DNA from: Camelus ferus
Taxonomy: Eukaryota
Length of the DNA stretch: 64,000 nt
Assembly: GCF_009834535.1 (NCBI RefSeq)
Contig: NC_045697.1
Span: 117,182,001 to 117,246,000, forward strand
Direction of reading: 5' to 3'
Below the pieces are notes generated by a model that did not search any database, had not been told where the DNA came from, and saw nothing but the letters and a program-made list of their open reading frames with translations. Positions 10,947 through 22,937 of this stretch are shown piece after piece. The position numbers and the translations under genes are program-made. The first letter of the stretch is position 1. Every line of letters begins with the position of its first letter.

Positions 10947-12229
10947 ACTCCCCTCTCATTTTGTCTTCCAAGTCTCTCAGTCTCATTTTCATACCCATCC
11001 TTTTATTTCGTGTTATAGAAGCTGGTGGACTTACTCAGTTCTGTCTTGGAGTTCATGGATTCTGTATCTGCCATGCGCAATTAGACAATCTGTGATTTTA
11101 TATTTTATTCATTTTTTATTGTAATTTACTGTTTAGTTTCAGTGATTCTCTTCTTGCTCTTTCTCTAAGTTGTCTTTTCTTACATTTTTTTTTCTTATTC
11201 TGTGTTTCTCCTTTTAGGATTCGAAATGATTTTAGATGTCCCATGGTATGGCTTCTTCCAGATGGTCCACCATTTCCTGAAATTTCTTGAGGGTCTTAAT
11301 CTGCTCTTTATTGCATCTATTGACACTCCTTGGTGGCAAGAATTTGTGAATTTTGTAATTCTCAGCTGTGAGTTTTTCTCCATGGATTTTTTTTTTTTTT
11401 AGTGCAAATTGTGTTTGGCTGGGAGTGACATTATATTCTTTTGCATTGTGGTTTTTATTTCCTTTCATTCAAGCACTGCAGTGGTTTTAATGGTAAGGAA
11501 GTTTATTTTGTTATTTTTCTGCTTTCAATTTCCAGAATGTGAGAGCAGTCTAAACTCCAACCCCACACTGTGTGAGGGGCTGCTTCTGATCAGCGGAGAC
11601 GACCCCCCCCAACTCCATGCTGTCCATGACTCAGGTGAGCCGTCTCATTACCTCCCCATACTTTGGAGGGAATTTTTGTTGGTACATCCTGACTAGCATC
11701 ACTAAATTTTGTCATCAAGATACATTAGTTTGCATGTTTTAGTATGGGAATTTGAATAAGTGACTGCTAGTCAAGCATTGACTATATAATTCAATTATGA
11801 AAAGCAAGATATTTTTAGTATTAAATATTATTAGCTGATTTTATATGATTTAAGTATTAGTCTATGTTAAATTAAGCTCTTAGCAAAAATAACATTTTGT
11901 AAAATTTAAGACCTCTCGGTATGTCTACTGCTATATTTTAATGTACTTTATTTATTATGCTTTGATAGGTTTTTAGTTAGAACAGAAATCCCTTTGCACT
12001 TTGGCTTAGTTTGTTAGTCTTGATAGATTATTTAATATTTCTGAGAAATTACCACTTAGGAATAATAATAAATCCAAATACAGAAAATTGAGTGATTTGG
12101 GCTTAAATACCAATGAAGATGTTTGTGCCTGCATCATTACACTGAATGAAGCAGGGACTTCATAAACCAAACACATTTTAACTCAGTGAAAAATCTTAAT
12201 TTAAAATCAATTCACTCATGATTTTCTCT

Positions 12230-13480
12230 CCAAAGTTTATCGATTGTTTACTGTGTGTTGGGCCATGTGCTGGACGCTGGGAACCCATGGTGAATAGGGT
12301 CTATTTCCTAGCCTTGTGACTCCCACTCTAGTGGAAAAGTTGAGCACTAAGGCTACATTGACATCAACAAAAAAGTGTAAAATTACAACTGAGTGGTAAA
12401 TTCAAAATGAGAAAAACACAGGTGCTGTGAGAAGATAGGCAGACAGCACCTGACCTGCAGAGTCATGGAGCCCTTCCCGGAGGAAGGATGCTGCAGGTGA
12501 TGTGCAAAGTCCACCAGGAGATGCACTTTCCCTTCCGGTCCCAGGCGATTCGGGATCTCCTAGTTCCGGTGCAGACATGGCCAAGTTAAAGAACCACACC
12601 ACGCACAACCAGTCCCAAAAATGGCACAGAAACGGCATCCAAAACCCCCGATCACAACAACACAAATCTCTTGAGGGGGTGGACCCCAAGTTCCCGAGGA
12701 ACGTGCGCTTTGCCAAGAAGCACAACAAGGAGGGCCTGAAGAGGATGCAGGCCAACAACACCAAGGCCACGGGTGCACATGCCGAGGCCGTCAAGGCTCT
12801 CGTGAAGCCCAAGGAGATCAAGTCCAAGGTCCCAAGGGCAGCAGCCGCGAGCTCAGTCAACTCGCCCGCCCTGCTCACCCCAAGTTCGGGAAAAGTGCTT
12901 GTGCGCATGTCACCAAGGGGCTCAGGCTCTGTCGGCCAAAGGCAGAGGCCAAGGCTCAGACCAAGGCCACAGCTTCAGCTGCAGCTCCGGCGCAGGCTCA
13001 GGCTCCCAAAGGTGCCCAGGCCCCACAGAAGCTCCAGAGTAGAGGCCTTCATCTACTGATGTGAGGACAGAAGGACTGGTATGACCCTTGGGCTGCTGTC
13101 TGCATGGGGCTCATGTCCACCTGCGCTGTTTGTACAAATAAACCTGAGGCAGGATCTGTCAGTCAAAAAAAAAAAAAGTCAACCAGGAGAAAATGCAAGA
13201 CAATTGCGGCGGAGGCGGGGGGGTGAAATTTTGAAAGATGGAGCAACATGTGCAATTGACAGACCTTCAGTTTCAGGAAATGAGGGGGAAAAAGGGCAAC
13301 TGAGCCAAAGTTTGCTGAGAGTTAAGGGAACATGATGCACAGTGAGATCTGGACACATGGGGGGAAGGTGCCATGCAGGTTATTGAGGCTGCACTGAAAA
13401 TATCAGTCTTTAATGTAGGAGCAGCTGGGAGCCATAGAAAGTTTTATGGGTGTGCACAGGGGACAGAGATCTTGAGAAAG
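12230..13480 (-). mobile_element. L2 fossil interrupted by the RPL29 retrocopy
   Basis: 'tactgtgtgttgggccatgtgctggacgctggg...ctagccttgtgactcccactctagtgg' and downstream 'gggagccatagaaagttttatgg' are typical degraded antisense L2. Boundaries approximate. Confidence 0.55.
12526..13177 (+). pseudogene. RPL29: Processed pseudogene of 60S ribosomal protein L29 (eL29)
   Basis: ATG 12577 gives [20 protein letters not shown]...[16 protein letters not shown] (RPL29 N-terminus). Intronless, with pyrimidine-rich 5' end at 12526. 1-nt deletion near 12835 (the other frame resumes ...AHPKFGK...[18 protein letters not shown]), ancestral stop TAG 13040-13042, AATAAA 13137-13142, A13 at 13165-13177. TSD aaagtccaccaggaga (12506-12521) / aaagtcaaccaggaga (13175-13190). 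Confidence 0.97.
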
Positions 13481-13489
13481 TCTTCTACT

Positions 13490-13618
13490 TTAGTTTGTTT
13501 GTTTTGGGGGCAGGAAGTAATTAGGTTTATCTACTTATTATTTAATGGAGGCACTGGGGATTGAACCCAGGACCTCGTGCACACCAAGCACCCTCTCTAC
13601 CACTAAGTCACACCCTCC
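13490..13618 (-). mobile_element. Vic-1-like SINE
   Basis: 'ggaagtaattaggtttat...ggaggcactggggattgaacccaggacctcgtgc...ctaccactaagtcacaccctcc'. Confidence 0.85.
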
Positions 13619-13885
13619 TTCTCCTTACTTTTCTTTTTAACTTCGATGGTGTCAGTGATGAAACAGCCGGTTTTCAGAGGAGCATTAAGACTGTCTGCAG
13701 GCAGTAACTCTGGCCTAGGTGGAGGTGACTGGCCATTCAAGAATAAGTTTAGGAGTATGGTATGTTTTTTCAGAATTATTTGCAAGTTTTTCTTAACAGG
13801 AATAAAATCTTATTTAAATATTTTTTTGTTTAGTGGAGGGGAGAAATGTGTTAAGCAAAGGGATACAGCTGCACAGCCAAGTCAT

Positions 13886-14127
13886 TATTTTATTTATTTT
13901 ATTTTTATTTATTTAATGGAGGTACTAGGGGTTGAACCCAGGACCTCGTGCATGCTAAGCATGCACTCCACCACTGAGCCATACCCTCACCCCCCAATAT
14001 TTTATTTTATTTTATTCTTTAAATTAAATTAAATTTAAAAATTTTTAATGCAGGCACTGGGGATTGAACCCAGGACCTCATGCATGCCAAGAACATGCTT
14101 ACCACTGAGCTACACCCACTCCCCCCA
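13886..14127 (-). mobile_element. Two adjacent Vic-1-like SINEs (13886-13995 and 13998-14127)
   Basis: Two tRNA-like heads 'gaacccaggacctc(g/a)tgcatgc(t/c)aag', each preceded by a T-rich tail. Confidence 0.85.
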
Positions 14128-15012
14128 TGCAACTCCCTTCTGTTCAGTACTTTGCCCCTCTCTCTGCAGCCACTGTACCTTCTGAGTCTCTGACCTCTGT
14201 CTTCATGCTCAGAGGGACCACAACCTTCATGGATGCTAAATGTCAGCAGGAAGAATTTGGAAACTGCTTCAAGGAAAAGACAGGGCTTATGTGGACTTTG
14301 CCTTCTGCATTTTTCTTTTCTCAAGAATCATACTCTTAGACATTTTCTTTATTTTTCCAATTCCTTCAGGCAGTTCTCTCTTGTTTTGTCCCATTTTAAT
14401 AATTGTTTTTGACAAAAAAGCTATCCTGGTACCATCTATTCTATATGCCTAAATTATAGAAAGTCCTTTCTATGTAGGTATTTTAAAATGTACTGTGAGT
14501 AAATTTATTTATCTTTTCCTTTCAGATTTTTTTGTTTTTTTTTTTTAGAACAGTTAATCTAATTATGCAGTCACAAATACATTTTACTATTGTTTCTTGT
14601 AGGCTTTTAAAATCTTGATTTTGAATTTTACATCTATGATTGACTTGGAATTGATTTTTGTATGTTTTTGATTTGGATATATACATTTTTTCTCACATAG
14701 ACAGGTTTTTGAGCAAACTATTTATTAAAAATGCACAGAACTATTTATACAATTCTGCTTAAACATGCATAGGAAATATATATTTAAGAGGGGTAATCTT
14801 TTTAAATATTCATTTAGATTACATTTGATGAGATGCTTATAATGCCAGCCACTGTGCAGACTACAACAGAGAATACAATTGCATTTTGGGAATGAATTGT
14901 GTTAAGTCAGAATGCTCAGATTCTAAAGCAATGTATACGACTGAGGTTCACCTCTTCAAAGACACTCTTAATTAATCAAAAAGTCACTTCGGCTATAGTC
15001 ACACAGTGCCTC

Positions 15013-16088
15013 TGTATTAGTCAGAATTCTCCAGAGAAACAGAATAGATATATCTCTATATCGCTATTGTTTCTATCTCAAAAGTGAGAGAGATTTAGCA
15101 AGGAATTGTTTCATGTAGTTATGGAGATGGGCAAGTCCCAGGGTCTACAATGCAAATTAGCAAGCTGGAGACTTAGGAGAGCCAAAGGTTTAGTTCCAGT
15201 TCAAGTTCAAAGCCCTAAGACCCAGGTGAGCAGATGGTGTAGTTTTCATGTGAAGGCTGGCAGCTCAAGATCTAAGAAGAGCTGAAGTCTTAGTTTGATT
15301 CTGGAGGTAGTGAGACAGGAGGGATGGGGCCAGGGCACAACCACGGAATAAGTGACACAACCATTAGCACCAAGATGGTGGGAAGTTCAACTCCCAGTGG
15401 ATCTTGAGCTTCAGTATCCCCTCAGTGAAAGACAAGAGCTGCTAAATGGTCCTCCCACAGGTGCCAAGGCAGCTGCAAGGCTGACCATCAAAGGTCAAAA
15501 AGTGGGCGATGGACCAGTTCCTGGGAATCCCAGCCTCTTCCCCAAAGTAGTCAGAATAACCCTCCCACTTGTCAGCATATGAAGTTACTGAGCCCATAAA
15601 AACTAACAGCCCCGCACCTCTAGGCTTTTCTCTTGATTTTTGAGATGAACTGCACTCTGTCTATGGGGTGTGTACCTCTTTGAATAAATCCACCTTTACT
15701 GCGGCTTACTCTTGAATTCTTCTCTTGGCACAAAGCCAAGCACCTCACTTGATGGGGCGCATCCCAGGGACTCACCTGGGACCTGGGACATGGCCAACCT
15801 CTCTCGCCCCATTTTCCTGTATCAGTAGCAGAAAAGCAAATGTCTCAGTTTACAGACAGTCAGGCAGGAAAGAATTCTCTTATTCAGGGTGCAGGTCAGT
15901 CTTTTCATTCTACTGGATAAGTCCCACCCACATTAGGGAGGGAAATCTGCCTGACTAAATCTATCAACTTAAATGTTAATCACACTGAAAACTACCTTGA
16001 CAGAAACACCCAGAATACCATTTAACCAACTATCTGGGCACCCTGTGATCCAGGCAAGTTAAAAGATGACACAAAAGTAGTCATCTTA
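15013..16088 (-). mobile_element. MLT2-type ERVL solo LTR interrupted by a younger LTR
   Basis: Begins 'tgtattagtcagaattctccagagaaacaga', ends '...tatctgggcaccctgtg...gatgacacaaaagtagtcatctta'. 5-bp near-TSD gcctc (15008-15012) / acctc (16089-16093). Confidence 0.8.
15311..15824 (+). mobile_element. ERV1-class solo LTR (514 bp)
   Basis: Inverted termini TGAGACAGGA...TCCTGTATCA, AATAAA near 15684, perfect 4-bp TSD gtag (15307-15310 / 15825-15828). Confidence 0.9.
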
Positions 16089-16356
16089 ACCTCCAGGTGG
16101 AAGTGGACTTGTAAGCCACCCTTTGCAGGAAACCCCATTTCTTGTCACTTTAGCAAAAACTATGTTATAATTAACCTCAAACCAGGCACCCCTGTGCCCC
16201 ACTCGTCTCTGGTCTCAACACACCTTTCAAATCACACAGTACCTTGCCTAACTTGTTGGTCTTTCTGGACATCAAAGAAATGGAAATGGAGATGAAGTAA
16301 TTAACACATGACCAGATCTCTTCCCTAGTTTCCCCTCTGGGAGTCTCACAAACAAC

Positions 16357-16981
16357 TGTGTGAACAAAAAAGCATGTTAAGAAAATTCAGAGAATTGACA
16401 GTCCTGCCCGCAGTCCACAGTCTGGGGAGGGGAGGCAGCAGGGACGATTCCGAGCCTCTTATCTCGTTAATCAGCCAAGACTTCTTTCCTAGTCTCTCTC
16501 TCTTTTTTTAAATTAGTTCATCCAAGTTATTATTTATTCTATTTTTTAGTTTTAGAAATTCATGTGACTTTTTTTCAAATGAAGTACAGTCAGTTACAAT
16601 GTGTCAATTTCTGGTGTGCAGCACAATGTCCCAGTCACGCATATACATACATATATTCGTTTTCATATTCTTTTTCATTAAAGGTTATTACACAATATTG
16701 AATATAGTTCCCTGTGCTCTACAGTATGAATTTGTTGTTTACCTATTTTCATATATAGTGGTTAATGTTTGCAAATCTCAAACTCCCAAATTTATCCCCT
16801 ATTCTCTCTAAAAACTTCCTTAGCTGAGCAGCATCTTCGAAGATGGTCCTTGGGAACATAAGCCCACCATCTCCCCGGACTGCCCACATTCTGATTAAAA
16901 GCAGTTTTCCTTTCTGTCAGCACTGCCTCTTTAGCTTGTTGATTTAAAGAGTGGGAAGCGGTCTGCCAACGTTTGGTAACA
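16357..16981 (+). mobile_element. Older ERV1-like LTR interrupted by an antisense L1 3' end (~16565-16808)
   Basis: U5-like end 'ctgattaaaagcagttttcc...gtttggtaaca'. Possible TSD caac/cagc. Internal L1 3'UTR 'gtacagtcagttacaatgtgtcaatttctggtgt'. The 5' boundary is uncertain. Confidence 0.55.
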
Positions 16982-17064
16982 CAGCTTAACCACCAGTTAC
17001 AATAATTTGTTTCCTGTTCATGTTAATTTGTTGTAATGAGCAGAAAAGAATCATTACATAAGAG

Positions 17065-18300
17065 CCATTCATTCATTTGGAAATGTATTTTTAGCCCCAG
17101 TAAGTCCTGAGCTTTGTGACAGACACTGGAAATTTACAAAATGCACTGTGACATTAAAGAAGTACTCATGGGATGTGATTACATGTGACCAGGCCAGGAA
17201 GACACTTGCAGGCAGAGGAAGTGGCCTGTCAGCATCTCTCAGGCAGGCAAAGAATTTAATCTTTCAAGAAACAGAGAGAAAACCAATGCACAAAATCACA
17301 GTATAGAGCAAAGTAAAGATTTGAGTCTACATTTTGAGGAAAATGAGATGAGCTTTTCAGCAGAAGAGTAACAGATTCCATTTTCATTTTTGAAAGATCA
17401 TTCTATGTGGAAAATAGATAAGATGGAGATATAATCAGAATCAGAGGAAGGAAATACAGTTATAAAAAAAAAATCTAGACAGCCACAGAGATAGAGAGAA
17501 TGAAATGCATATACAAATAGGGGGAAAACTGATGACACTTATCAACTGACTGGATTAGGGTAAGGGAAAGAAAGGTGTCAGGGAGGATTCTTGGGCTTTG
17601 AATCTCAGGAATTGCTCAAAGAATTCTAAGGAGTTACCATTTCCTGAGATGTAGACCCTACAGGAGGAACAGGTAAGAATGAGAGAGATCATGAAAATGG
17701 TGCAAGAGAAGGTTCCCAGTGGCAGTGAGATCCACGTGTAGGCTCCTTGGAGTGGGTGTACATACATGACTGTGGTCCTCAGTAGAGTGGTTGGCTTTGC
17801 GCACAATGAGATGGGCGAGTCGTAGTCTACATTACGGGGATAAACGAGGTTACCTAGGAAGGAAGTGGAGAGTTTGCCCAGAAGGGGGAAATGATCGGAA
17901 CTCTGAGAAGTGTAGACATGTAATTTCATATTAAGTAGGATGAGCCATGTAGGAGCTGAGAAGAAACAATCAGGTCATAGGAAATCCACCTGAATGTAGA
18001 GCGAAAAAGGCAAAATGAAGAGAGTGTTCCAAGCAAGATGGAAAAATAAGGGTGGTAATAATGATCACAACAATGTCAGCGAAAATATTTCATTTACTAT
18101 ATTCCAAGCCTGCTTTTATGAACTTACACGTATTATCTTATTTAATCCTCCCCAAATCATGTGAGATTAGTGTCACTATTGTCACTGCTTTACATATGGT
18201 GTGGCTGAGTTTCAAGAAATTAATCATCTTACCCAAAGTCAGACAGGAAGCCTGGCTTTGCAAGTCTCAGATTCACGTCCTTAGCTCTGTTACCTTGCAC
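17065..18300 (-). mobile_element. L2 fossil followed by MIR
   Basis: 'cattcattcatttg...' L2 3' end and degraded body. MIR core 'tatttaatcctcccaaatcatgtgag...ttacccaaagtcagacag' at ~18140-18250. Confidence 0.55.
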
Positions 18301-19819
18301 AGGTGAGAATGATTACCTTATGAAGGAACTTTTCATTTGTTACTGACAAAAACAAAAATCTGAGAAAATAGACTTATTTGAAAATATGTGTATTATGGTT
18401 TCAATTATGGTGGTCTCTAGGAGCTTAAAAAATTCAAAACACTAGAAAGCAAAACCCAGAATTTAGTCCCTTTCTTAATTTCAGCTCCATCCCCCATGGA
18501 AGCAGGGTACACAAAGCAATAAGTAAGTTTGCAGAGGGAGACAAAGGCAGAAAGCAAGTTAATAAAGGTGTCAACCGAAATAAAGAGGTCAACTGGAGGA
18601 AAGTCCGAATTACCTGAATTTGAGTTTGTTCAGGAATAGCAGAGAAATTGGAACAGGAAAAGCACGCTGCAGCAAGCAAGTCCATGGAGGGTTTGGGGTG
18701 GGCTGTATTGATGGGCGAAGAATGTAAAAAGGGGAAATTCCAGCCATAATCCAAGCAAGAAACCCATTGCCTTGAGGATAGGGAGACATTTTCAGAAGAT
18801 GTTCGTTGGTCAGGAGATAAATCTCAGTCTTGGGTAAATCAATTATTTACAGGAAATCAGTCTCTTTGTTAAGTTTCATTCTGAGAGCGCATGCCTGAGA
18901 TTGTCCGTTTCACCTCCTCTTGTTTCATTTCAGATTGAAATCCTTTCACCGAGGTCTCGTAGAAGCATTGCCCTTTATTATTTAATCCCCTCTCCAGGTT
19001 TACATTCTCCTTCCGCTGAGTCCACAGGGAGGGGAGTCCCTCCTGCCTAGTCAGGAAATCAAGTCTTAAACTCAGTGCTGATGTCCTCAGTCAGGTCCAG
19101 TGTCAACCCATGAACCAATTAATGTTGCTAAGGATGTTGTAATGATACACACTGATGAGTCAGGTCTTGGCTATGTGTCTTCTCCTAGAACTGAGTGACC
19201 CCCTAGTTCAACTCCACTTAGACTAAGAAAGGCAGAGAGGATGCTGACACTAAGACAGTTCGTGGTAAATTGCCAACCATCTTGTTTTTGAAACTTTGTC
19301 AGATGGAGATTTAAAAGTATTTATTATATTTGACAACAGTGAGTTTACTTACATTTTTAGAGCAGTTTTAGTCAAGCAGTACATAAGGAAGTTTAACTGG
19401 AGGGGAGTGAACAATTAGTGAAAGGTGAAGATGCCTGTGTAGACAAAGGAAAATGTCTGCTTGACTGAAACAGAGCAGAGAAATCAAACTTCTGTTTGTA
19501 TCAGTTGATTGCTTTTGTGTGAGGAATCAAGGACCAGGAATGAAGACATGATGATCTGATACCTTGCTGATCATCTCAAAACCCAAAATCAAAGACCTGG
19601 AAACTCTAGCTTGAACAATAAACACAGATCTCTTACAACTACACACACACTGAAACACAATTTATAAAAATCATTCTCATTGTTTAGTTAAATATTTGCT
19701 TAGATGGCTGATGTCATTTTCATTTTCAGTTTCTTTTATACACTAAGATATTTTCATCATTCTGCACCTCAGTCTCTCCCATGCGCCCAATACTTCCCCA
19801 TCTTCCTTCCATCCTCTGT

Positions 19820-20870
19820 AGTGTAGCAGCCGGACAGTTGGCCTTTTTTATTGTAATGCAGATGCCCAATATTAAGCTTTTGATTACTACTTCAAGGACC
19901 CCAAAACACATCACCAGCTGCACCAGGGGATGAACACCCACCCTGCAGCTCCCATATTTTGGGGATCTCTGTTTGACTCAGATAACTGACCATTTGAGTA
20001 CTTGTTTTCCCCTTTCCACACTTTAACTTCCCCTCTTATGTTTTAAATTCACCAATAAAGAATGAACTCGTGAAACCCTACCCTCTACTCTCCATCCCAA
20101 TGAAAGCAGAACCCCAGCCCTCTCTTTCTCTTGTTAACAAAAGGAGGGGAGAAAGCCCTCAGTTCTTGTCTTACCTGAGAGAAAGAATTCAAACGGGAGA
20201 CTGAAAGTGTTATTAGTAGAGCAAAAGTCAGTAAAGTATAGTACAACTTCAAGAACTAAAGGAAGGCCAACCCAAGAGAGGAAGATGGCGCCGCTCCTTT
20301 GTTGCCCTGTCTTACATCCTGGCTTAGGGGCGCTCTGGTGGTTGGTTGACAGCTCACGTCCTTTGAGTGCTCAGGCACGCTCATCTCCTTTGTACATGTT
20401 GTCACCCATGATGCACATGGAACAGCCCACAGGAGGGGCCCAAACCGCAGTGCTCATTACATTGTAATGAGAAGTTGAGTGAAGTTGGGTCTTTCTCTCT
20501 ACTGTGCAGTTGCAGCATCAGATTCTGACCAGCTTCTTTGCTGGCACTCATTTAGAGAATTACAGCTCTTTGAAACCCCTTATCCTGAGTGCAGGTGCAC
20601 TGTTATCTTCTCTCTCCTTTGCTCTCCTCTTGCCCGGTGCCTAACACTCTTTTTCTCTCTCTCTCCCTGCAATCTGTGTGACACCAGGCATGCTGTGTGC
20701 CCTCCAGGCTTTGTAAGTAATAAATCTTTTTTTTTCCCCCCAAAGTTCCCTGATGGTTGTTGCTGTGGTGAGTCTTGCAGTCATGATGAGAAGCATGAAG
20801 GCTGTCCAGCACAAGACTGGTTCCAAAGAGAAAAGTCTCTGGGGGCTCCTGGTGGGGACAGGTGACAGCC
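19820..20870 (+). mobile_element. Older LTR remnant hosting a nested LTR
   Basis: U3/R/U5-like order (ccaat..., CT-rich R, 'gtaataaatc' near 20718) runs continuously across the nested insertion. Boundaries approximate. Confidence 0.5.
20132..20646 (-). mobile_element. ERV1-class solo LTR (515 bp)
   Basis: Inverted termini TGTTA...TAACA, perfect 4-bp TSD ctct (20128-20131 / 20647-20650). Orientation inferred from a degenerate antisense polyA signal near 20210. Confidence 0.8.
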
Positions 20871-22436
20871 CTCAGGCATTCCTAGCAGCTAGCGTCACCC
20901 GCTGTGGATGGACTGAAATGGGACAAGATGATCCCCCACTTCCTGGCTCATAGTCGTCATCCTAAAACCTCCCTTTACTGCCACCCTGATATTTCCATCA
21001 TGTGTCTCAGAGGCTGGAGACCCCACCTAGTTGGCCCCATGGCCTCTCGGTCCTGACTATTGAAAAAATCCTCCAGTGCCTTCTTTCAGGTGAGTACATA
21101 GGAAAGTTAATTTTCGGAGATTTTGCTTGTCCAAAAATGTCTTGATTCTCACTTACGCTTTAAGAATAGTTTGGTTGACAATGAAATTCAAGATTGAAAA
21201 TAATTTTCCTTTGCTATTTTGAAGGCTTTGCTCTAGTATCTTACAGCTTCATGGACGCCTGCAGCCAATTTGCCGTTTGAATGTTGATTCTTTGCAAGTG
21301 AGCGTGAGGCTTTTTTTTTTTTTTTTTTTTCACTTAATTTCTGGAATTTAGTGAAACTTCTCTGGGCCTTCTCTGTGCTAAGGTTTCACATGATGTGCAT
21401 CTGTAAGGTCTGTCTGTATCCACTATGCTGGGTACTCTGTTGGCCACGTCAGTCTGGAAGTTTATCTCTCCGTCACATGAAATTTTCTTGAATAATTTCT
21501 GATGATCTCCTTTTTCTTCAATTATCTTTGCCATTCCTCACTCACTTTAAACAAAAACCACCTTTTTTCCCCTAAAATATTTTGACCAAGGAAGCAACAC
21601 AAAGTAGGTCATATGGTTTCTTTTTCATATAACTTTGAGATTCTTACACAGTGAAAGAGATGGATGATGTTTGCTTTTATTACAAAATAAACAGCCATTG
21701 CTACCACTCTCTGCCCTTCCTTGCCCTACAAAGGTAGGAATGGAGTAAGATATCAATCAGAAACTCTGCAGGGTATTCCAAAAATAGCACTAACAAGATC
21801 CCGGAACAAATGATAAGACAGTTTGGAAAATAAGATAATCTTATTGTGAATTTATTGTCAATCCATAGAGTCTGAGGGTCATACAAAAGGAACACTGGCT
21901 CTCAGCAAATGTCAAAATACAAAAAGCAAACCAAAAAATTCATCATTTTAAATCAATTGTCTTAACTGGATAGAATTACCAGGGTTATCTGTAAACTCAC
22001 TCATTCACTCTACGGCCATTAGTTAAAGGAGACAGCCCATCTGGCACAATGGATAAAGTCATCTATAACTTACCAGTAATCAAGCCACATTTCCTCTTCA
22101 GAAAGTTCCGTATGGCTTTTGAAGCCTGTATAGTAGGTCAAAGTAAGGAATTATGAATTCAGTCCTTCTTTTGATTGAGTTAATTAGGGAAGAGATTCTC
22201 CAACTTCCTCTCCGTTTTTGGGTTTTGCTACACACGCACATAAACATTAGAATATGAGGTCGCTGAGTGGTGGTTACTCTGGTGGTCACTCTGGTGGTCA
22301 CCACCAAAAATGACTGAGGAATTCCAAAGAAAGTTCTGGAACTCACAAAGGAACTCAGTATGAAACCCCTCTTGTGGCTTCCAGTCAAGAGGACAGCTTA
22401 CAACCTTTGAGATGACACATTGAAAAGCAAATCTCA

Positions 22437-22709
22437 AACTTGTGGTTCTCAGGTGTCATAGGGCATGGGGAGGGATAAACTGGGAGTTTGGGATTTGTAG
22501 ATATACACTACTGTATATAAAGTAGATAAACAATAATGTCCTATTGTATAGCACAAGGAACTGTATTCAATATCTCGTAATAGCCAGCAATGAAAAAATA
22601 TAAAAAGGAATATATACATATATATGTATAACTGAAACATTATGCTATACACCTGAAATTAACACAACATTGTAAACTAATGATACTTCAATTAAAAAAA
22701 AAAAAACAA
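22437..22709 (+). mobile_element. L1 3' end, 5'-truncated
   Basis: L1 3'UTR plus poly(A). Perfect 15-bp TSD gaaaagcaaatctca at 22422-22436 and 22710-22724. Confidence 0.95.
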
Positions 22710-22937
22710 GAAAAGCAAATCTCAGAGAGAAACTTGTTGCTCACCCACAGGCAAAAGAAGATCTGTCCAGGCCCTTGGATGATCACCAGGGCTGCTTTCG
22801 AAACAGGATGTTAGATACCAACACCCAACACAGGACTTAGCCTAACTTGTTTTGGAAATGACAGTTCTCAATGGCACTAAAAATTTATTTTATACTTTAT
22901 CTATGTCACATCACTCGGCTGTTTAAAAATGATGTTG

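Noticed and set aside
12502..12576. 25-aa N-terminal extension of the RPL29 ORF
   Set aside because: Starts at GTG in flanking/TSD sequence and reads through the 5'UTR. Not a credible start.
12402..12908. 168-aa minus-strand ORF
   Set aside because: Antisense shadow of the RPL29 retrocopy.
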